Positions 56,303 through 64,000 of a stretch of 64,000 bases of DNA are shown here, piece after piece (the first letter of the stretch is position 1; each line of letters opens with the position of its first letter). A program made the translations under genes and the position numbers. The notes under the pieces are model-generated. The model worked only from the letters and a program-made list of their open reading frames with translations. It searched no databases and was not told the origin of the DNA. Source of the stretch: Chrysomallon squamiferum (Eukaryota; Animalia; Mollusca); NCBI GenBank assembly GCA_012295275.1, contig CM022670.1:19034001-19098000 (forward strand), written 5' to 3'.

Positions 56303-57052
56303 CTAAACATGCACAGAAATTATAATGTCATTCTTCATGCTTCAAAATAACATGTTTTGTCCATTATGTATAAGCTGTTTGTAGAAGTAGCATGTATGTC
56401 ATTATTTCAGTTAAATGAATAATAAAGATTATATTTCCTGAAACAAATAAATAAATAAAAGAAATAACGTTGTTAGTTAGTAAATAAAGCATAATATAAT
56501 CAACTGTAGTAGAGTTTTAGCATGTTTAAGCAGGTGTTCTCTTATTAGTAACAGTTGAGTGAATATACAGCACATATATATTTATGATCTCTTTAATGGC
56601 TGTCATTACAATGGATCTACTATTAACATTTACGATAAATGAAAATATAAAAATATCTTAAGTGATATTAATCCACCCCACCCCCCCAAAAAAAAAAATA
56701 TATCCCATAGCCAACAAAAATATATAAATATCACTTAAATGAAACAGGCAAGATAAACAAAATTTATAAATCTGGAGTAAACTTGGGAAATTTGAGATAA
56801 GCTACAAAATAAATGACCAAATATAAAATTTCAAATTATACATTAATGTCTGCCTTTTAGTAGACTTTTAGTAAAGGGTAAAAGATGAATAGGCTCAATA
56901 TATTAAAGCAAATTTTACTTAATATAAATGAATGTTTGCTTTAACTAATCAAGTTTATACCAATTTATCTATTAAAACAGATCAAATAATAACCAAAGTA
57001 TTCCATTTTCTGCAGCCAAAGCACTGAAGCTCATCATACAGAACACGCACAT

Positions 57053-57053
<1 letters not shown>

Positions 57054-57115
<62 letters not shown>

Positions 57116-57120
57116 GACAG
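57054..57120. repeat. (CA)n microsatellite
   Basis: Direct reading. Confidence 0.95.
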
Positions 57121-57868
57121 AATAACACTACTGCATATTTCACTAATAAAAGAAGAAAGTATGTAAAGGTATTTCAAATTTGAAATATGAAATATAAATT
57201 AAATAAAATGATTAACATACTAAACTGTGAATTTTGTAGCTTTTCTAAGCTGCACATTAGAATTTGTGTAAATAGTAAATAATAATAGCAATAAGCATAG
57301 TAGTAGTAGTAGCAGTAGTAATTAAAATAAAAAAATAAAAAAGTAAAAAGTAAATATATAAAAAATAAGTTCTTAATTAGCTTCAATTAATAAAACCCCC
57401 ATGAAGAATTAAAAAACCAAAACTAGTAAAAAGCAACAAAAACAAAACAACAAAAAAAGTGCTTAAACTCAACAGAACCTTATGTCCCAAATAATATTTA
57501 GTGCAATAACAACTGCTGGCATATAGTATGAACAAAGATAAATACAAAGTAAATATAAAGAAAAGAAGCATTCAAAACAGAGAGCAAACCTCAATACATT
57601 AACAAGTTTGTTTTCTTCACAAGCATGTTTGTAATTTTTTTATTTAGTACACTGTAATATTACTGATAAATAATTAAAGAGGATACTTAAAGTTGAAAAA
57701 AAATAAATATGATGTCTGTTGCTATGAATGTCCCCAACAAAATCAATTATTTTTAAATCAGAACTGAAGAATCCATTGTCCATCTCTGTTTTCAAAGTAC
57801 ATCTACAGGAATACCGCCTCCAAGAAAGCAAGGAAAAAACTTTATTCCAAATGCCATATTTTACTTAC

Positions 57869-57888
57869 GGCGGTCTTTTTATATCAAA
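57869..57888 (-). other. Candidate 20-nt stop-containing (poison) microexon
   Basis: ttattttacaag|T TTG ATA TAA AAA GAC CGC C|gtaagt; consensus donor; in-frame TAA. Confidence 0.45.
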
Positions 57889-59049
57889 CTTGTAAAATAA
57901 GGAAGAATTATTAAAAAGAAAAATATCTTCTGAAAAATATCTGTTTTATAGTTAATTTTAAAACTATTTTGTTAGAATCAAAGTTTTTTAAGACTAATCC
58001 TATTTATGGTTTCCTGATTATTATGATTTTTATATTTGTATTTGATAAAGAATTAATATACGAATTTTGTAATCCATTTCATTTACCAGTTTAAGTTATT
58101 AAGGAATTATGATGCCTATACTTACTAAAAATAACCAATTTCATACATTGTAGTTTTGTAGTTGTTTTTAAAAATTATTCTGAATTTACATTTATTCACT
58201 GTTTAAAATAAGTACAAAATGACAATAACTTAAACTAGACCAATGGATGTGCATCAGTTTTGGAGTGAAAAAAAAAGATTGGATGCAATTCAAAGTAGAT
58301 CAGTGAGTTTTTCAGAACCTATTATCTTTATGTGAAGAAAACAAAAGAATTAATGAAATTTGAAAATTCTGACATCCCATTTTATATTTCCAAATGACTG
58401 ATTAAATGTTAATTGAGTTTATATACAAAAAAACAAAAACAAAACAAAACCCACATTATGTTAACTGAATGTAAATAAATGTTATTAATATATATATGTT
58501 ATGGTAAATGTTGGCAAAATAATAACAATGTTAATTTCAACAAAATCAAAGAATATGTTTTGATGCCTGAAATATATTAAGGGTGTTTTTCATAAATTAC
58601 ACGTTTCTTTGTGTACTATTTCTCTTCACAAACTTTAGTGTTTATCATTGAATTTATAACATTTTAAGAACAATTTTTATTCTTTTAATTCTATAGTATG
58701 CCATAAATGTCATTTTTAATTATTATTTTATTTTATTTACTATCTATAATTTATATTATATATTTGGTTAAATTATCATATCTGAAAAAAAAAACTGCTT
58801 TACAGCTTGCTCAACCTACATAAATAAAACAGCTGGTATAAAAGCACTACTAATACATGCAAGATCAAAGAATGACCTAATAGTTGTTTTTTAAATATGT
58901 TAAAAACCCATCAATAGTCTTTAATTTTACACATTACAATGTGCAATGGAGATAAAAAGATTATGAAAATCTTTTAAAAAATTGATCTCCAAATCTTTGG
59001 GTTCTATGACATAGATATTATTAAGAACTGTCCAGCATTTTGTATTTAA

Positions 59050-59082
<33 letters not shown>

Positions 59083-59338
59083 TATAATAAATCATCATGA
59101 AAACACAGGTTCCATTTTATGGAAAACATTAACCTTTCTTCCAGAAATCTGTTAGGAATATGTATACAGATTTATTTTAAAGCATTAAGACTTTTAACGA
59201 TTAGATAATAAAACATTTTTATACTATAACTAAAATAAACCCAAAAAAGCAACTCCATCAAAGCAGAAATAACACATATAATATAAACTACAAACAAAAA
59301 GAAATAATAAAAATAATAAGAAAAGAAACTGTACTCAC

Positions 59339-59529
59339 AAATTCCATATGGATGACTTCTTTTTGGATGGAAGCTCACCGGGATGTTCACGTGATGCACG
59401 AATCATTTCTGTCCACCTTACAGCTTCCTGCAACTCCATCAGCCTTTCCTTGTACTGATTACGTTCCATCAAAACACGGGCCATCTCAACTCTTGTAAAT
59501 CTTTTCCTCTGAGCCATAGGTACATCATC
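59339..59529 (-). CDS. MAPK8IP3: JIP3 RH2-domain exon [64 protein letters not shown]
   Basis: tctttag|GAT...AAT TT|gtgagt, 191 nt; near-identical to the JIP3/4 RILP-homology 2 motif. Confidence 0.97.
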
Positions 59530-59759
59530 CTAAAGAAAAAACAAACAAAAAATTAAAAAACATGAAAAGAGTTTGAAGAAGACAAAGAAAAAGGAAAAAC
59601 ATAAAGGCATTGACATAGACCTTGACAATATTTATTAATTATATTTAAATAAACCATGTGTTTTCTTTGACATGTACTTCCACATTTACTGGGCTATCTT
59701 GGAAATCCTTTTTTTCTTTTTTCTACACAGCATAAAATAACTTCACAAAGTAAATTTAC

Positions 59760-59906
59760 CTCTTCATCTCCAGCTGTAGCTTGTGTTTTCTTCTCTATTT
59801 CTTCCTTAGTCTTCTTAAGTTCCTCTTCTAATGCAGCAAATGAAGTTGTAAACGTCCTTTCACTGTCTGTAATGATGTTATCTCCTCCCTTAAGATCTCA
59901 TGTTCA
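59760..59906 (-). CDS. MAPK8IP3: JIP3 exon EHEILREEITSLQTVKGRLQL..AALEEELKKTKEEIEKKTQATAGDEE (contains a 1-nt frameshift)
   Basis: tttttcag|T GAA...GAA GAG|gtaaat; 147 nt where flanking phases (2 to 0) require 148. Confidence 0.9.
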
Positions 59907-60284
59907 CTGAAAAAAAAAGAAGCAATTTTTAAAAGACATTCTGAGCTTTATAATTCTTTTACAAAATAATATATAATAACCTCTGCAAGAGACTTTGGCA
60001 TAATATTGTGGAGACAGCCACTTTTAAATTTCAATTGAAATTGTTTTTGTGTATTTAGGTCAGTATTACTGCATTTTAAATTTTTTATAATTTTGTAAAC
60101 ATGTTAATGATAAACGTATTGTGAAAAATGTGTTGAATCCAACATTTTCTACATTATTTTATTGTAGTCGTTTCACAGTTGCAAAACTCTTTGAGCAAAT
60201 CTGATTAAATAAATTTTGTAATATACTATTCAGTCTCTACAGTAATGAACCGTTTGTTATCATTCTGCAAATTAAGATTCTCAC

Positions 60285-60341
60285 CTTGTAAGTTCATCAA
60301 CTTTTGCAATAAGATCATCTTTGACAACATTCAAGGCATTT
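60285..60341 (-). CDS. MAPK8IP3: JIP3 exon NALNVVKDDLIAKVDELTS (LZII, ARF6/KLC-binding region)
   Basis: ttttacag|A AAT...ACA AG|gtgaga, 57 nt, phase 2-2. Confidence 0.95.
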
Positions 60342-60553
60342 CTGTAAAAGAATTAAAATCATAAAAATTTACAATACATTCTTTAAAAAAAAAATCTTTT
60401 TTATTATTTTTGTTTATATATTCATTGCATTTCAAGTGATTAGACAGTTTCAATAAATGATAATTAATTAATACAAAAATAAATTATGGAAAACATTAGA
60501 TGTATATACCAAAGGATAATCACGGTATTTTATACTGAATTTAAGATACTTAC

Positions 60554-60611
60554 TTGGTTGCTAATAATTCTGTATTTTCTAAAATAAGATTCTCTAGTTC
60601 TTTTCCCATTC
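60554..60611 (-). CDS. MAPK8IP3: JIP3 exon GMGKELENLILENTELLATK (start of leucine zipper II)
   Basis: ttttgcag|GA...ACC AA|gtaagt, 58 nt, phase 1-2. Confidence 0.95.
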
Positions 60612-61484
60612 CTGCAAAAAAAAAAAAAAAAAAAAAAAATTAATTTTAAAATATTTATTGAAATTTACATAGCAGTGGCTGATAAAAAAAAGAAATTATA
60701 AAAATAACATTCTATTCATTACCCAAAATACTTTTGTGATCTGTGCCATATACACAGGATTATAAAATTATTTTATTTCAAATCTACCATTCAAAATCTA
60801 ATTACTCTTATGGGTTTTCTATATATTTATGCAAAATATTCATGCAGATGTGAGCAACAGTTAAAAAAAATGCGTACAATTGTTGTTATGAAATATAATG
60901 CACAATAATTAAACCAGTCACTACCATGCTAAAAAAATTGCAACATAAAACATCAAACAAATTGACATAATTCACAAACTACCAAAATAAAATACGTTTT
61001 AATGAACAGGTGGAAGGTATTTAACTTTGAGGACATGTGTGTGATTTGATGTCTTCTCATTTTTAACATAATAATATAACCATAGCTTACTCTGAATAAA
61101 CCTGAACTGAACAGATCTCAATTTACATATAAATGGGTGGATTTCGGATAAATTGTAACATCCACATTTACAAAACTTTGACATTAAATAGTAAATTTAA
61201 GTTTTGTCTACTGTTACATTTTATTTTTTATTATTATTATTATTATTATTTTTAACATATCAAAATTATTCAATATCAAAGTCCTAGGATTTAAAATTAA
61301 AATCACTGTTTTAAGTATGTGCATATTCTGACACATTCTGTTAAACAGGATTTAATCCCATAATGCATTTTTAATTTTAAATGCATTTAATGCAATGACA
61401 GTGAGGCTCAAATAGATTTTAAATAAATATTTAACTTAGTGAGAGAAGAATTACATTATTGCATTGACTTGAAATATACATTTA

Positions 61485-61485
<1 letters not shown>

Positions 61486-61572
<87 letters not shown>
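61486..61572. repeat. poly(A) plus (AAT)n tract
   Basis: Direct reading. Confidence 0.95.
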
Positions 61573-61577
<5 letters not shown>

Positions 61578-61769
61578 AGTAAATAAAAGGTCTTTTTTAC
61601 TTCTTCATCTTCTTAATCATATACTGACTCATTATTTTATTTGGCTTATAAATAAAAAATAACAAAATATATTAGGCCTAAAAAGTTTTCCAGAGTTGTA
61701 TGAACTGAAGATAATATATTTTACATTTAAATTAAAAAAATAGTTATTAAATAAGGCAATAATGCTTAC

Positions 61770-61787
61770 CAAAGAAACTGTCACTGA
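61770..61787 (-). CDS. MAPK8IP3: JIP3 18-nt microexon VSDSFF(G)
   Basis: Long pyrimidine tract, caacag|TC AGT GAC AGT TTC TTT G|gtaagc; phase 1-1; matches the VRDDFF segment preceding GMGKEV in human JIP3 (recalled). Confidence 0.88.
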
Positions 61788-63085
61788 CTGTTGATGCCAA
61801 GGAGGGGAAAGGAAAAAAAACAAAAAACACCATTAGTAAACAACATGCTTCAACTCATCACAAACACAATCACATCTATTCTAAGCAACAAGCAATTAGA
61901 TTTTTATTATTAAACAATCAAATATTTTTCACTTGTGTACACATATCTGAAAAGGCTATTATGATGATTTAATTTTGACTTTAAATTTACAAGAATCTGC
62001 ACCAGTGACACTATTTCATGTTAAGAAAAAATATATTCTAATATTTTTAAATAATCTATTTTTTAATAAAAAAAATATCAAAAAAAGGGAAAATTACAGT
62101 GATATGAAAAAATTATATGCTTTCATAACATAATTTAATGGCACTTCATTTTGTGATATTAATATCTAATTATTGTTAATTGTATGTTCAAAAATACTTT
62201 AGAAATATATAATATTTATACATTTTCAGCATGCATTTTACAACAATGAAAGTAAATATGTTTGGATTTTTTCCTTAATTCTTCACTCTACATAAATAGT
62301 GTTAAGATCCGTTAATGTGTGCTTGAGAGTGTATTGCAAATGACAAATAATAAAGATAGTAACAGAAATGTAATGAATAAACCACAACCAAGAGGATGAA
62401 TATAACTAAAAGACATGAACAATTGTTTTATGTCTAAAATCACTGCAATTCTTGTATATTCTGAAATTGTTGAACAATGTTAATAAACAGAAACATTTAA
62501 ATTTTGGTTTCCAATATTAAAATAAAAAATTAAATTATCATAAACAAGAATACCACTGTATGTCATATTAGAAATCATGTTTGCAATACATTTTGCATTT
62601 AATACTTTTATTTTATTCTTCTAATAATGAAATCAGTATAAATTGAAATATTTTGTGATTTAGGACAGGGGTTTCTCTATTTGAGAATGTATTTATATTA
62701 TGTAACTTGTATTCTTGGATCTGATATTAATATAAACGGCTTATTAACCAGATAAGCAGCATCAGTAGTTTTTGTTTTTTGTTTTTGTTTCTTTTTAATT
62801 TCAGTGAAGATATTAAAAAGAAACTCTGTGTTTTTAAAATAACTTTTGTTCAAAATTTTCCATCACAACCTCCAAAATAAAAAAATATTAAAACAACAAT
62901 TTTTATTTAGTTGTTAATATATTTTATCAAGCAAATGTAATAAAAAATGTTGTGCTCAATATGCATTTATGTAATATAAACAGGTATATTTGGGTTAGGA
63001 ATGAATATTAAATAGACATTTAATATTATAATAGACAGATTAAATGCAAAACATGATGACTGAATGAGGAGGGATGATCGCATAC

Positions 63086-63127
63086 CGACAGAGTCTTTGT
63101 CATTCTCTTTTTCTTCATCACCACTAT
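63086..63127 (-). CDS. MAPK8IP3: JIP3 42-nt exon (x-SGDEEKENDKDSV-G), probably alternative
   Basis: tgttacag|AT AGT GGT GAT GAA...GTC G|gtatgc; phase 1-1, compatible with the GMGKE exon; open acidic frame. Confidence 0.75.
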
Positions 63128-64000
63128 CTGTAACATGACAACATTAACATCACACACATGCTTCAAAACATGCTTAACTTAAACAAAGTGGGTTGTCATT
63201 TGCAAGGAAAGTTGAAAATCATAATATTAGAACTATTCAAGGATGAACAATAACAACTAATATATAACTAAAAATATGTAACATTTTGTATGTAAATTAT
63301 TAAATTTAAAATATCCAGAAAGGCAATATGAAATTAAAATAAATTAATCGTGGAACCTTGATTACAGAACTTATCAGGTATCTGAACACTGCCATTCATT
63401 AATAAACAAACAAATACTTTATTATGACCTGATTGTACTGGAGACTCTTAGTTATATACTGATTTCCAATGTAGTGCTATCACAGCAATAATCCATTATA
63501 ATAGACAATACAGCTTTCTACTTCTGTCCAAACGTTTTTAAAATCTGCATGTATAGTTGCAATAATGGTGTTTAATATAACTAACGTTTGCATAACCAAT
63601 TAAATATTAGTTAATAAACATTTATTATCCAAAATAAAAATTTTAATCAGAACTAAATTAGATAAATAATAATATTTCAAATGTTAAAGTAGTAAAAACA
63701 TCTCTTAATTTAGCAAAAATTTAATTTCAGATAGAAAATAATTACTATAAACAACAGAATCACAAAAACAATAATCCCCCAAATTGAACTACATTCTAGA
63801 TTCTGGGACTGAAATGTTTTTTTCTTGTCTTTTTTAACAAATAAATAAATAAACAAAAATTTATAATTCTTCCAGGTTTACTTATGCAAATTTTGAAACT
63901 TGGGTGATTCAATGCAAACAGACATGATGATGAGAAAAGAAACAAAAATAATAACAACTCATTAAAACAACATCAAAACAACAATACAAAATGTTTTCTT

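Noticed and set aside
63882-63898. 17-nt exon-like unit near the window end
   Set aside because: Contains TAA, weak donor, and upstream context lies outside the window

Overview
Very AT-rich, microsatellite-dense animal genomic DNA. The composition suggests an invertebrate, possibly a mollusc/cephalopod, but that is inference. Positions ~17.2-63.1 kb carry, on the minus strand, the 3' two-thirds of the JNK-interacting scaffold/motor adaptor gene JIP3/JIP4 (MAPK8IP3/SPAG9; Sunday driver/unc-16). I reconstructed 20 phase-consistent core exons by hand (~930 codons: leucine zipper II, RH2, WD40-like propeller); the 5' end lies beyond the window. One core exon carries a 1-nt frameshift, probably an assembly error. 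The main signal is in the introns: a set of candidate microexons (9, 15, 18, 24, 24, 30, 42, 42 nt, each matching host-intron phase), an alternative terminal exon that would delete the propeller, a stop-containing 20-nt exon, clustered UGCAUG motifs, a 21-bp long-range inverted repeat and a 14-bp hairpin over a donor site. There is also a Tigger4/Zombi-like MITE and a sharp CpG-rich to CpG-poor transition at ~7.3 kb. All comparisons to human proteins and repeat consensus sequences are from memory; no searches were run.
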